A stretch of DNA of 64,000 nucleotides, taken from assembly GCA_019828565.1 (NCBI GenBank), contig JAHDYR010000022.1, positions 62,001 through 126,000 on the forward strand, read 5' to 3'. Below are positions 27,956 to 38,812 of the stretch, piece after piece. Positions within the stretch are counted from its first letter, which is position 1, and each line of letters starts with the position of its first letter. A program made the position numbers and the translations under genes. The notes beneath the pieces were generated by a model. The model saw nothing but the letters and a program-made list of their open reading frames with translations, made no database searches and had not been told where the DNA came from. This DNA comes from Carpediemonas membranifera BICM. Its lineage: Eukaryota; Protista; Fornicata.

Positions 27956-30082
27956 TCATTCCCCAGTCAGCCCCGCCGCAATCATGGTGCAGATTACGGC
28001 CATCTCAATGGACTGGCCGGTCCTGCTCGACACAAGCACGTGCGGCCACTGCAACGCCGCTGCCACCCGTCTGTACCTCAGCAGCGTCTCTGGATTCCCG
28101 ATGTACGGGAAAGAGTCGTACTTGAGCCCGACGACGATGCCGGTCTTCGCACTGGCCTTAACCTGCTCAAGCTCCTTCTCAATGTCGCCGCCAGCCCCGA
28201 TGACGCCGAGCTGGACGCTGGGTGCATCTGTGCAGTCGTATGCATAGATGAGGAAGTCGGACTTGGGGGCCCTCGTAATGCCGCAGAGCTTGCCGTTGTA
28301 GCACATCTCGGAGGGGATCTCGGCAAAACGGAGAGTTGTCCCGAACTTCTCCGTCTCTCGCACGGTGATTCCTGTCGTCGGCGAGTGGTCCGGCTGGAAC
28401 ACACCGGTGCACAGCCGAGAGACGAGCGTGCTCTTGCCGCAACACCGCGGTCCGACCACCGCAGCTGTCACTGTGATCTGGACGTTCGGCCCAAGTGTCC
28501 GTAGCCGCAGCATGGTCATCTTGTACCTCTCGGCCACCCGGCGATACGACAGCTGCTCGAACGTCAGGCCTTCAGTCCTGGTGTGCCGCAGCTCGCCGAC
28601 AGACACGGGTATGTCCAGCGTCCACCGCATTGCACCATCCACCAGTGACTTCTGCCGGGCCTCGAGGCTGGTCGACCCCGTGAGTCGAGTCCAGAGCCCC
28701 TTCTTCTTCGACGTCGAGCGGCCGGGGTCGGGCAACGCGCTGTCGGGGTCCGCGACAGGGGCCAGGAGCTGCTCCAGCACCATGGCGTTGGCCTGACCGC
28801 TGGGCTCCATGGCTGAGTCTGACATTCCGTCATCGGACTCACTGCTGGAGCCGGCGGTCATCGACTCAAGATGAGCAGTCCCGATCTGAAGATTCGACCC
28901 GAGGACCTTACGTTTCTTGACCCGTTTGGGCAATAAGAGGCTGTCCGACGCGCGTATCCCGGCGGCGGCCATGATATCCCGCGGCACGACTGATTCCCGA
29001 CCGGCCCCAGGCATCTGGGCGCCGACGATGAGGACGTCACTGCCGACCTTAGCGAATGAGAGCATGACTGTGATCCTGACGCCGTCATTCCTGACAACAA
29101 GGGCGACGTTGGTCGTGCTCGGTTGCCAGTAATCGGTGCAAAAGGGCTTCGACGAGGGGTGCTCGACCAGCGTAGCCGGGTCGAAGAAACGGAAGGGGAG
29201 GTTTGAGATAAGCCAGGGATGGCACTTGACGCCGAATATACGTCGACCGACGCTGTTCATGTAAATCTGCTCCCTGCCGACAACACCGATGAGGACGTGG
29301 GAATAGAGCTCAGCGCGCTGGGCGATCACCTTCATAGGCCGCATGCCAGTCTTGCCACGGTCAGCGCACGACCTTAGCTGCTGAAGCACAGCCGCGACCA
29401 CGTTACCAGGGTACTTGGTCGAGGCAGCTCTCATCCTCTGCCGGGCTCTGATGTGGTACATAAAGAAGTACCGAAGCGTGTGGAGGTACTGGGGCCGCAC
29501 AACCTTGGCTCGGAACATGTATAATGGTAGGCCGAGGGTCGTGGCGGCGGCCTGGCAAAAGAGGCTAAAGGGAACCATGTCTGCCTCACCAAAGTGGGAA
29601 GCCCAGAACCACCACATGGCTGCGACCAGCTGCTTCGTGGGGACGTGCGAGAGGTTGGCCTGGTGCTCCTGGCTGAAGCTCTTGAGTGAATCCCAGCCGC
29701 CCAGCGTCATCGTCAGGTAGTCACCGTCAAGTCGCATTTTCCGATGGATCTCGTCGAGCGCACTGAGTATGCGGCGTTGACCAGACCAGGTCGGGCAGCT
29801 ACGGAGCTCCGCGATCAGGGTGGCTGATCGGTTCATTCGCCGCTCCACTCGTTGGAGAACGTCGTCGAATATCGAATCAGGGCGTTCATGGTTGCGAACC
29901 TGGATCACATTAAGCAGGTTCATGATCTCTCGGAGGCTCTGGGTCATCTTCAAATGACTGGATGGGTTTGTCTTGTCAGTTTCAAGACTATCTCGAAGTT
30001 CCTTCGCATTCGCCAGCATTTTTGCAATTAAACTCTCTCTTTCTTCATTTGTGTAAAGATTTGAGAGCGCTAGGTTCTTCAT
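27956..30082 (-). CDS. Unknown N-terminal region fused to a degenerate C-terminal Ras/Rab-like GTPase domain
   Basis: AVVGPRCCGKSTL (G1), HSPTTG (G2), FAEIPS in place of WDTAG (G3), VVGLKYD (G4) and VSSRTG (G5). Confidence 0.75.
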   Translation of the reverse strand: MKNLALSNLYTNEERESLIAKMLANAKELRDSLETDKTNPSSHLKMTQSLREIMNLLNVIQVRNHERPDSIFDDVLQRVERRMNRSATLIAELRSCPTWSGQRRILSALDEIHRKMRLDGDYLTMTLGGWDSLKSFSQEHQANLSHVPTKQLVAAMWWFWASHFGEADMVPFSLFCQAAATTLGLPLYMFRAKVVRPQYLHTLRYFFMYHIRARQRMRAASTKYPGNVVAAVLQQLRSCADRGKTGMRPMKVIAQRAELYSHVLIGVVGREQIYMNSVGRRIFGVKCHPWLISNLPFRFFDPATLVEHPSSKPFCTDYWQPSTTNVALVVRNDGVRITVMLSFAKVGSDVLIVGAQMPGAGRESVVPRDIMAAAGIRASDSLLLPKRVKKRKVLGSNLQIGTAHLESMTAGSSSESDDGMSDSAMEPSGQANAMVLEQLLAPVADPDSALPDPGRSTSKKKGLWTRLTGSTSLEARQKSLVDGAMRWTLDIPVSVGELRHTRTEGLTFEQLSYRRVAERYKMTMLRLRTLGPNVQITVTAAVVGPRCCGKSTLVSRLCTGVFQPDHSPTTGITVRETEKFGTTLRFAEIPSEMCYNGKLCGITRAPKSDFLIYAYDCTDAPSVQLGVIGAGGDIEKELEQVKASAKTGIVVGLKYDSFPYIGNPETLLRYRRVAAALQWPHVLVSSRTGQSIEMAVICTMIAAGLTGE

Positions 30083-30290
30083 TGCCTAGAACGGCGATGA
30101 GTTTCGCTCTTGCAAGAAAAAATGTCGAAAACGGTTCAGCAATCATCAAAGATCTTCATTGATTGCCGGCAGACAAGTGACATTCTCTGGCCATCTCGCC
30201 GTGCTAGTTTACTCAGGCCTTGCTGTGCACCGCCAGCTGCATAGCCTTGCCAGGCCATCCTCACAGGATCTCACGACAACAGGACTTGCT

Positions 30291-30923
30291 TCAGCGCCCC
30301 ATTCGCTTCACTCTCTTCTTCCTAGCAAGCGCCTTTGCTATATCCGCGGCCTCCTTGTCCACCTCCGCCTTGACACCGTCCTCGACCTTCTTGGCCCCGG
30401 CCGCCACGGCATCAACGCTCAGCCCCTCAATCACACGGGACCTGGCGCTCACGGCATCCAGCTTGGCCACGTCCTTCATCTGTCTGGCGGTTTCAACGGC
30501 CCTGCGCTCCATGCTCTCGATGAGGGTGCCAGTCTCTTCTTCAAGCTTGGCCTGCTCGGCGTCCTCGCGCTGCTGCTTCATATGCTCACCCCAGGCATCT
30601 CTAGGGGCGTATGCTCCGCTCTCAGCCTCATAGCAGCCGTCCTGGGGATTCGTCTTGAAGGTGATTTGGGCTGTGCACTTGTCGCAGTGGATGATGAAGC
30701 GGAATATTTCAATCTTTCCAAGGTACTTCTCCTTCAATGTCTCTTTTCTAGCATTAAACTTCGTGTTTCTGTTGATATAGTTGTGGCAATGTTCACATAC
30801 GAGCGCCATTGGCATCGCCAGAGTGACTGTGGCCTTACCACGACGAAGCTTGGCCTGATTCATGACCTTAGAGGCATCAAAATGATAGGGAACATAGCGG
30901 GATGTCTCCTTTCTATCACCCAT
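30291..30923 (-). CDS. YJU2: Splicing factor YJU2/CCDC94 (Cwc16)
   Basis: MGDRK...YVPYHFD, CEHC...TKFNARKE, YLG..IFRF..HCDKC...ITFKTNPQ...Y..ESGA. Confidence 0.9.
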   Translation of the reverse strand: MGDRKETSRYVPYHFDASKVMNQAKLRRGKATVTLAMPMALVCEHCHNYINRNTKFNARKETLKEKYLGKIEIFRFIIHCDKCTAQITFKTNPQDGCYEAESGAYAPRDAWGEHMKQQREDAEQAKLEEETGTLIESMERRAVETARQMKDVAKLDAVSARSRVIEGLSVDAVAAGAKKVEDGVKAEVDKEAADIAKALARKKRVKRMGR

Positions 30924-31230
30924 CCGGTTTTAGCGTCAGTACTGCACTTTGCCTGGTTTTGTCAGATTTGACTACGACTGTGGAATCGCGCCAAAGAACG
31001 CTCTGAAGACGCGAATACGGCACGGTAATGGGCAGTTCGACTCATACTTTTGGTCGTCTCTTCAAATAGCTTCCCCGATCATCACTCGATTCCTTGTTGA
31101 CTGGATAATTCAATGGACTGCCCGGGACTCTCAGCCGACTGGCAGTTTTTGTCGCGGGTTCTTCATGTCGCGTTTTCCTGTCTCGCGTCATCGACTCTGG
31201 TGGAGTCGCAAAAGTCAGCCAGATTGTTTA

Positions 31231-33465
31231 ATGAACGAAGGCACTGATAATAACAACATTGAGCAGCTCATTGGATCGTTCAGCTACTCTGAGAACAAAG
31301 AGCAGTCTGTAGAGAGCGTTTGTGGGCTGATCTCCCGCAAGGAGGTGACGCCAAGGCAGTTTGTCGAAGCTTTCGCCAACTTCATGCCGAACGATACCAT
31401 CAACGCGCTCTTCGCTCTTATCCAGAACAAGGACTTCTGGATTCACCCTCGTGATCTCGATGAGCTCACCAGCAGATGCAACGCTGGCAACTTCGCCAAC
31501 GTTGATGCCTTCACGCGCCTCGTTCAGGTGGCCACAAGGCTCAACAACAGGCACCTGCTTCGTATTGCCACTGAAGCTGCCTGTATCGTGGAGAACCCCA
31601 CCGATGAGATGAAGCTCGACTGTCTCGAGCTCCTCGACTTCCTCACGAACCAAGCCCTCGTCGATTGGCGCGCTATACACGCCAAGTTCGTCCAAACGTG
31701 CCTTATCTTCGCCCAGGCTGTCCCCGAACACCTCTTCCGCATCATCAACGAGCTCTCCTTCGCCGACATACATGTTCTCATGGACCGCCCCGGTCTCGAG
31801 GGCCTCATCACCATGATCGTCGCTGCCATACAGCCCATGGAGCCCCGGGCCCTCGACACTGCCGTGACGGCGTCTGACTGGCCCCGCCACACCAACCGGC
31901 CTGCTGTCGACGCGCTCACCCGAGTGCTTCAGATCAAGTGGTCGACTGAGGTCACCCCCCTCGTGCCAGGCCTCCTCGCCATGGCCACTCATCCCGAGGT
32001 CAAGGCATGTATCCTTTGGGCGCTGACGTCCTCCCTCACGCTCGGGTCGGCGGCCTCCCATGAGATCAGGGGCGTCGTCATCGGCACTCTCGTCGACCTA
32101 GCACTCAATTCTACCGCTGAGGTGTCCGCTGCAGCAGTGGTTGCCCTCACACAGGCACCCAGGGCTGCCATACTGGCCGGGTCCCCTGACAACTTCAAGG
32201 TCTTCCTCAGCGAGCTTGCACAGAGAGCGGCAAACGACCCCACGCCCGCCCGCCGTAACGCCCTGATCCGCTTTGGCAACGCCAACGTCGCAGAGGGCAA
32301 CCCCGAGAACTTCTGGGGCATGTTTGCCCCTGTCCTTGTTGCCTCGGCCCGACCCGACTCAGATATGCGGGCACTGGCCGAGCTGGCCAAGGCGCTGCAC
32401 CTCATGGAGATCAGACCTGTCAGCCCGGATGCCCTCTGTGACGTGGCACTCGCCTGGCTGCCGGAGACAGGTGACGGTGAGACCAAAGCCGACCAGGTCA
32501 TTGGGGCACTCAACCTGGCTCAGGTGGCGATCGCCCAGGGCATGTCTGAGGGCATGGCGGCCGTTACCCTGGCCAGAGTACTGCCTCGACTCAGCCTCGA
32601 GACCAGCGTCACTGGCGAGCTTGTCATCAACACCGTCGGCTTCCTCGCCGTGAACTACACGAGCCTCCTCACCCCCGCCGTGGTGAATGCCGTGGTTGAC
32701 CCCATTCTCGCCATGGACGACCAGGTCGAGTACCTGACCATTGCAGCACTCAGCCTGCTGGCCTCGTCGCCCGCTGAGATTGTCGGGCAGGAGAAGTATG
32801 GCGCCATGGTCGCCGCCCTTTACGACAAGAGTGTGTGCGAGGTCGACCGACTCGTCGGGCTCATCGATACTGTCCTCCGCCGCATCCTGGAGACGAACGC
32901 CCAAGCCGTGGCACCAAATGCTGAGCAGATTACCAACAGAGCGAGCAACCTGCTCTTTGAATGTGCCCACGCCGACGTCATCGACAACAGGGGCGATATG
33001 ATGGTGGACAAGCTCGGGGTCGCTGTCAGGGACACCGAGCTGACCAGGGAGAGGGGAGAGGTCATGCTCGCATCAACACTGTGTTCCATCGCTCGGGCTT
33101 TCCCTCAGTTCGCATCTGCGGCCATAGACCGTAACGTTGAAACTCTCGTCGCCATCATTAGTGCTCTCGACTCTGCCGACCCCGATCGCCGCGCCATGCT
33201 CGATTCCCTGCTATCCATCGCACTCACACCCGCCATAGAGCAGCTTTGCATGACCGAGCCCGATGTCGCCGTGGCCGTCTTCGAGCTCGCGGCCATGAGC
33301 GGCACTGCACACCCCGAGACTGCCGAGGCCGCTATGAATGTCGGGAAAGCCATGTGGGGGGTGTTTAACAGTGACGAACGGCTGCTGGGCAACGCCGCGT
33401 TCAACCTGACTCCTGAGCACAAGACCTGGTACGCCCAGGCAGGTATTGTTATCAATGAGAGGTAA
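31231..33465 (+). CDS. HEAT/ARM alpha-solenoid protein (karyopherin-like)
   Basis: All-helical Leu/Ala-rich pattern with coding-type codon usage from ATG 31231; no specific family motif. Confidence 0.6.
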   Translation: MNEGTDNNNIEQLIGSFSYSENKEQSVESVCGLISRKEVTPRQFVEAFANFMPNDTINALFALIQNKDFWIHPRDLDELTSRCNAGNFANVDAFTRLVQVATRLNNRHLLRIATEAACIVENPTDEMKLDCLELLDFLTNQALVDWRAIHAKFVQTCLIFAQAVPEHLFRIINELSFADIHVLMDRPGLEGLITMIVAAIQPMEPRALDTAVTASDWPRHTNRPAVDALTRVLQIKWSTEVTPLVPGLLAMATHPEVKACILWALTSSLTLGSAASHEIRGVVIGTLVDLALNSTAEVSAAAVVALTQAPRAAILAGSPDNFKVFLSELAQRAANDPTPARRNALIRFGNANVAEGNPENFWGMFAPVLVASARPDSDMRALAELAKALHLMEIRPVSPDALCDVALAWLPETGDGETKADQVIGALNLAQVAIAQGMSEGMAAVTLARVLPRLSLETSVTGELVINTVGFLAVNYTSLLTPAVVNAVVDPILAMDDQVEYLTIAALSLLASSPAEIVGQEKYGAMVAALYDKSVCEVDRLVGLIDTVLRRILETNAQAVAPNAEQITNRASNLLFECAHADVIDNRGDMMVDKLGVAVRDTELTRERGEVMLASTLCSIARAFPQFASAAIDRNVETLVAIISALDSADPDRRAMLDSLLSIALTPAIEQLCMTEPDVAVAVFELAAMSGTAHPETAEAAMNVGKAMWGVFNSDERLLGNAAFNLTPEHKTWYAQAGIVINER

Positions 33466-33529
33466 ATGGAAGTTTTCACCATTGCCATCACATACGAACT
33501 TTATCCCGGGCAGGCCTACATAGCCACAC

Positions 33530-36500
33530 CTACTGTGCCAGCTGAGCCACCTTGGCGGGGTCGATGGCGATGCTCTTGGTCTGGTCGTTGATCTTATAAA
33601 TGCCGATCAGCCTGTCGGCGAGCTCAAACATGTTCGACCTGAGGCTAATGGTCAAAAACTGGGCGTTCTCGGTCTTACTCTTGACGTACTCAGCAACGAT
33701 CGACACGTTCTTGAAGTCCAGGGCGGCGTCGATCTCATCCATGACATATATCGGCGTCGGACGATAGCAGTGCAACGCAAAGATCAGGGCGAGCGATGAA
33801 AGAGTCCGTTCACCCCCACTGAGGTTCCCGATCCGCTTCCAGCTCTTCCTTGGCGGCAGCACTGAGAGTGACACGCCCTCGGTAAAGGGGTCGAGCGCAT
33901 CGATGATCTCCAACTCCGCGTTACCCCCCATCGTCAGCATTCGGTAGATCACCTGGAGATGGCCTGAAATCTCGGCAGTGCCGGCTGTAAACTTCTCAAT
34001 GCGCTCCTTCCTCAGGCTTTCGTGCTGCTTCCGGGCGGCCGCGAGGTCAGCGGTGTTGGCTTCCACGGCTGCTGCTCTCTGCAGGAACTCGTTGTTCTTC
34101 TCAATCCACTGCTCTACGATGGCCATATTCACGCCGCCCTCACGAAGACGGGTCTTGAGCGTGTCGATGCGGGCCTCGAGCAGCCGTACCTGACGGCTGG
34201 CACTCGGCTGCATGTCAACGTCCTCGTCCTCGTCTTGATCATCGGCTTCTTCGTTATCCTCGTCGTCACCTTCCTCCTCCTCGTCGTCGTCGTACTGGAC
34301 TTCTTCACTGGCCCTCTGCTGTTCTTCGACGTCGGCCAGCCCGAGCTTCTCAAGCACCTGCGCCAGTTCGCCCAGCGCCTTCTCCGCCTTCGCCTCCAGC
34401 TTCTTATAGTTGTCCAGCCGGACCCTCTGATCCTCAGCGAGACGGGCAGCCTTGCGGGCCTCAGCGTCAGCCTCCCTTGCCGCAATACAGACCTCCTCCC
34501 GCCGTTTGGTGAGATTAGTCATTTGCTTGAACAGGTCAGCTGCCTCCGACTGGAAGTCCACGAGTTCCTCCTGAGCGGCGTCAAACGCCTTGGTAGCGGC
34601 ACTGACAGCCGTCTGGAGGGAGCCCAGCTTGGCCCTCTCAGCCTCAGCGGTGCGGGTAGCCTCCTCAAAGGTGACCGATGCAGCCGCAGCCCTCTCCTCA
34701 GCCTTCTCCATGCGCTTCTTGGCGTTCTCCAGCTTCGTTCTGATGTCAGCAAGCTCTGACCGCATCGCCTTGGCCGCGGCGTCACGACGGGCCACGACGA
34801 CCTTGGCCGACTTCAGCCGGGCGCGGTCGGTGTCGCTGAGCACTGCGTCGTTCGCCTCAGTCAGCGCGGCATTACATGCAGCCACTGTCTCCTGCTGGGC
34901 GGCGATCTGCTCTGCCACAGCCTCCGCCTCAGCTCTGGCCTGGGCGATCTCGGGGCTCTCTCCCTGGGCCAGCTCCGCCTCGATACGGGAGACCGCCTCA
35001 GCTGCGGTGGCGAGCTCGGCCTCAGTCCTCTCGAGGCGTCTGGCCAGTCCCGACAGGCTCTCACTCAGCGTACGTCTCGCCTCAGCGTCCCGGGCGGCCT
35101 CTTGCCGTTCCAGTTTGAGTTCGTCAATTCTCCTCGCGATCTCAGCGGCCGGCACAGTGCTGGTTTCGCCTCTGATTCTCAGTGCCCCGGATGCGGCGAC
35201 ACCGCCACCAGTAAGCGACCCCGACGTCTCACTCAACTCGCCCCGCAGCGTCACAATGCGGAACGATCCCTTGCTAGAGAGCACCTTGGCAGCTCTGAGG
35301 TCTGGGACGACCACGGTGCCCTTGACGGCCATGAATACAGCCAGCTCGAGGCGTCTGAGGAGAGAATCCCCGGCCCCTTGCAACTCCGGGATAATGTCGA
35401 TGAGATCAAATAGACGGTGGGTGTCGGGGGTGTCGAACGGTCCGGCCGCCTTCATGGCATCAAGGTTCTTGCCGTAAATGGGCTCTAGCGTGTCTAGGGC
35501 TACAAAGGAGGCCTGGCCGAGTCGCTCATCCCTGAGCAGGTTCATGGCCGTCTTGGCCGTCTTGATCCTGTCGACAATGATCACATCAAAGTTGCCGCTG
35601 CTGGAGACGGCGGTGTCGTAGCGGCCGTCGATCTCGAGCAGACTGCCCAGACGGCCGAGGACGCCGTTGTGGAGCCTGCTGTCGTCAATGAGCTTCTGTG
35701 CGAGCTTCTCGACGGCCTTGGCTCTATTACTGCCCCGCTCCCTTTGGTTCGCTCTACGTTGCTCCACCAACATCCGGTCAAACTCGGCTTGGATGTCCGC
35801 GGGGCTGCGGCTGCCCATGGAGCTCAGCCGGCCCTCTAGGTCAACCCGACTGGCCCTGAGCTTCGTCGCCTCCCCGGTCATGCGGGCCACGGCGGTCTGG
35901 GCCCGACGAAGAGCGGCCGTGCGAGTGTCGGATCCGGTGGCCGCGGATATCTGCTTGCTCAGCCGGGCCCTCGTTGCCTGGAGTGCAGAGAGTGTCTTGA
36001 CCTCAGCGTTGAGCTCCTTCTCCGCCTCCTTGACGCGGGCTGACGCTGCCCCGGCCACCTCCCCCGACGTCTCCTCCACCACCGCACTGAGGGCCTCGCT
36101 CGCCCTCTTCAGCTCAGCCTCCACCTCTTCGGCGTCCTTGGCCATATGGGCCTCTCGCTGGCCCAAGAGCATCGCCTCCGTCTTCAGGCTGTCAGCCTCC
36201 TTCTCGGCAGACCCACGGGACTTCTGGGCCCTTGATGCGGTCTTCTCGGCCCTGCTCGCCGTTGCACTGGCAGTTGACCGCGCTTTCGTGGCCTCGTCCA
36301 GGGCCTCTTGGGCCCCCTCGACGGCCATGGAGAGACGTCCTTCCATCGCCTTCTTCTCGCGGTGCTGGGCAATGATCGCTGCGTGCTCGGCCTCAGCCTC
36401 CTTCACCGCGGCCTTGGCCTCCTCGTGGGCAACCTTGGCAGCCTCAGCGCGGTCTGCCAAGTCGGCAACGTTCTTCTCGCACCGGCCCCGCTGGGTTGAG

Positions 36501-37279
36501 TAAAGTTCGAGCTGGGCGGCCTCGAGGTCCTTCTGTAGCATGAGATGCTCGGCCGCAGCATCCCTTTCCCCGTCGAGCTCAGCCCGGTTCGCCTCTGCGA
36601 TCTGCAGGCGCTTGACGAGGCCATCTCTCTCCTCGGCGACCTCCGTGATGTGCTGCTCCGCCTGCTCGATCATGCTGACGTACACATCAGTCCCGATAAT
36701 CGACTCGAGGTATTCCAGGAAGCCCTCGGGCGACGTCGGTGTCTGTTTCTTGGGCTTCATAAGGGAGATCTGCTCGACCTCGCCCTGGAGAATCAGGAAG
36801 CGGTTCTTGTCAAGGTCGATCTTGTACTCCTTCAGCTTCGCGATGACGTCCTTGGCTGAGGCTGTCTGCTCCCGCTTGTTGGGCTCGGAGAGGTAATACG
36901 AGCTCGTCGCTGTCCGCTTCTCCTTGTTGGCGTTGTAGCTTGCGTTAATCTGACGCTTGACGGAGAAAACAGCCTCGCGAGTGCCAGTAGCGTCGTCGTA
37001 CAGAGAGAAGTTGGCCGTCACGTAGGCCATGTCGATGTCGCCGCCGTTCAATTCCCGTCCAGAGGCAGAGTTGTGGATCAGCTCAACGAGAGAGGGAAGG
37101 CGAAGCTTCTGGGACCGGAAACCGAAGCAGAACAAGAGGGCATCGATCACATTGCTCTTCCCAGAGCCGTTTGGTCCAATGACAACACTAAATGAGGAGT
37201 GGAAAGGACCAAGAGTGTGTGTCCCGTAATAACTCTTGAAATTATGCAGTTCCAGGCTATCTACAATTAGCCGCTGCAT
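33530..37279 (-). CDS. SMC4: Condensin subunit SMC4
   Basis: NFKSY, GPNGSGKSNVIDALLF, NRFLILQGEVEQI, hinge GRLG, PPRKSWK..NLSGGERTLSSLAL and PIYVMDEIDAALDFKNVSIV. Confidence 0.93.
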   Translation of the reverse strand: MQRLIVDSLELHNFKSYYGTHTLGPFHSSFSVVIGPNGSGKSNVIDALLFCFGFRSQKLRLPSLVELIHNSASGRELNGGDIDMAYVTANFSLYDDATGTREAVFSVKRQINASYNANKEKRTATSSYYLSEPNKREQTASAKDVIAKLKEYKIDLDKNRFLILQGEVEQISLMKPKKQTPTSPEGFLEYLESIIGTDVYVSMIEQAEQHITEVAEERDGLVKRLQIAEANRAELDGERDAAAEHLMLQKDLEAAQLELYSTQRGRCEKNVADLADRAEAAKVAHEEAKAAVKEAEAEHAAIIAQHREKKAMEGRLSMAVEGAQEALDEATKARSTASATASRAEKTASRAQKSRGSAEKEADSLKTEAMLLGQREAHMAKDAEEVEAELKRASEALSAVVEETSGEVAGAASARVKEAEKELNAEVKTLSALQATRARLSKQISAATGSDTRTAALRRAQTAVARMTGEATKLRASRVDLEGRLSSMGSRSPADIQAEFDRMLVEQRRANQRERGSNRAKAVEKLAQKLIDDSRLHNGVLGRLGSLLEIDGRYDTAVSSSGNFDVIIVDRIKTAKTAMNLLRDERLGQASFVALDTLEPIYGKNLDAMKAAGPFDTPDTHRLFDLIDIIPELQGAGDSLLRRLELAVFMAVKGTVVVPDLRAAKVLSSKGSFRIVTLRGELSETSGSLTGGGVAASGALRIRGETSTVPAAEIARRIDELKLERQEAARDAEARRTLSESLSGLARRLERTEAELATAAEAVSRIEAELAQGESPEIAQARAEAEAVAEQIAAQQETVAACNAALTEANDAVLSDTDRARLKSAKVVVARRDAAAKAMRSELADIRTKLENAKKRMEKAEERAAAASVTFEEATRTAEAERAKLGSLQTAVSAATKAFDAAQEELVDFQSEAADLFKQMTNLTKRREEVCIAAREADAEARKAARLAEDQRVRLDNYKKLEAKAEKALGELAQVLEKLGLADVEEQQRASEEVQYDDDEEEEGDDEDNEEADDQDEDEDVDMQPSASRQVRLLEARIDTLKTRLREGGVNMAIVEQWIEKNNEFLQRAAAVEANTADLAAARKQHESLRKERIEKFTAGTAEISGHLQVIYRMLTMGGNAELEIIDALDPFTEGVSLSVLPPRKSWKRIGNLSGGERTLSSLALIFALHCYRPTPIYVMDEIDAALDFKNVSIVAEYVKSKTENAQFLTISLRSNMFELADRLIGIYKINDQTKSIAIDPAKVAQLAQ

Positions 37280-37537
37280 TTTCTTGGTCCGGGATGATTT
37301 TCGCGCAGCTTTGCGCCATTCCAAATTTTCGCGCTATAGAAGCCATTAGAGTCCGGCAGAGGCATACTAACACGCAGTGCCGCTTGAAAAGTCGCACCAC
37401 GCTCGCAAATTTTGGTTGGATAATTTTTCGACTATATGTCCCAGATGACGCACCATCCAGGCCCACTCACATTCATCACAGAGTCAAGTAATAGCCCGTT
37501 TCGTCGCTGCGGACGACCGCGTCATATTCTGCAAATT

Positions 37538-38755
37538 ATGTCTGTCGGCGAGATTGCCCTTGCGGGCGCCGCGCTTCTGCTCCCAATCTATGTCCTTTCT
37601 CTGTTTGTTCTCTGGTGCATGCCTTGCTTCCCGAATCCGTCAATGTTAGTTGCTCCTCTCGATCAAGCCATCATGAGCCTTGTTTCCATCATTCCACGTC
37701 GAATGAAGACCATACAAGTGTCAATACTGTCTCTTATTGAGCGTCCGTCGCCTGTTCTCCCAATAGCATTCGTCGTAATGCTGGTTGCGTCCGCCATCTT
37801 CACCCATGCCTCCCTCATGCAAGAGTGGCGGACCCGCAGCGTAGGATGGCACAACGAACGAATCATACAGCCCCCTCGGATCAAGGCCAGCACCAACGAT
37901 CTCCAGTCGAGCGCCACACCGAGATTCCATCCGATCTTCAGATACGTCATCTGGTCAGGCTACACTGTTACCCTCATACTGTTTGCCTACCTTTGCATCT
38001 CAGACCCGGGTTATATCACGCCTGAGAGCGTCCCTGCTGAGCTTGCCCGCTTCAATCCCGACTATGTGACATGCTTCCCTGCAGTATGCCCCACATGTAA
38101 CCTGCCCAAGCCAGCCAGGGCGCGCCACTGTCGCCAGTGCAACCGGTGTGTGTACGGTTACGATCACCACTGCAACTGGATCAACAACGACGTCGGTCAA
38201 TACAACCTCCCCGGCTTCATCGTCTGGCTCGCCGTTGTTAGTCTCGGCGCCGGGATCCTCACCATCTTGCACTCCACTGCTGCCATCGCTGCCATCGCCC
38301 AGGCCGAGACCTTGGACGCGGTGGTCTTCCTCCTCCACGGCCACATGGTCTTCGCCGTCGGTCTCCTCGCCCATGCCTTTGTCACAGTGGCGTTCGGCCT
38401 CTTCTTCTTGAACCACTCCATCCTTGCTCTCGTCAACCAAACCAGCAGCGAGCGGGCTCGTCGGACTCGGGCCATGAGACACGCGCTGAAGTGCTCGGAT
38501 GGGTACGTCACCATCCCAGTTGAAGCCATCCCGGTCGACCAGAGAAGCTCTCATGGTCTGGACGACAAAGTGGCAGGGTATGTACAGGTGCCAGGCATGG
38601 TGGGCTATGACATATTCCAGACAAACCCATATAGCGTGGGCGTCTTCAACATCCTCGCCTGCATAAGGAACCTCAGGGTCAGGGTCGCGATGAGGGAGTT
38701 TGTCCGTAGAAACTTGTTCATGAGGGTTCGACTTGACTGCGGAGGGTCTGAGTGA
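37538..38755 (+). CDS. DHHC palmitoyltransferase (Swf1/ZDHHC4-like)
   Basis: DPG, CPTCNLPKPARARHCRQCNRCV..YDHHCNWINNDVG and flanking TMs. Confidence 0.92.
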   Translation: MSVGEIALAGAALLLPIYVLSLFVLWCMPCFPNPSMLVAPLDQAIMSLVSIIPRRMKTIQVSILSLIERPSPVLPIAFVVMLVASAIFTHASLMQEWRTRSVGWHNERIIQPPRIKASTNDLQSSATPRFHPIFRYVIWSGYTVTLILFAYLCISDPGYITPESVPAELARFNPDYVTCFPAVCPTCNLPKPARARHCRQCNRCVYGYDHHCNWINNDVGQYNLPGFIVWLAVVSLGAGILTILHSTAAIAAIAQAETLDAVVFLLHGHMVFAVGLLAHAFVTVAFGLFFLNHSILALVNQTSSERARRTRAMRHALKCSDGYVTIPVEAIPVDQRSSHGLDDKVAGYVQVPGMVGYDIFQTNPYSVGVFNILACIRNLRVRVAMREFVRRNLFMRVRLDCGGSE

Positions 38756-38812
38756 CCGCTGAATATTCGCGGATTCTCGAATTTTTATCCACGATAAAAG
38801 CTAGCAACGTCG

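Noticed and set aside
30949-31230. N-terminal extensions from TTG/GTG or upstream starts in the ORF track (also SMC4, OGT, UBX, PQ-loop, DHHC and the GBP-like gene)
   Set aside because: This is eukaryotic DNA; the extensions have non-coding-like composition, so downstream ATGs were preferred.
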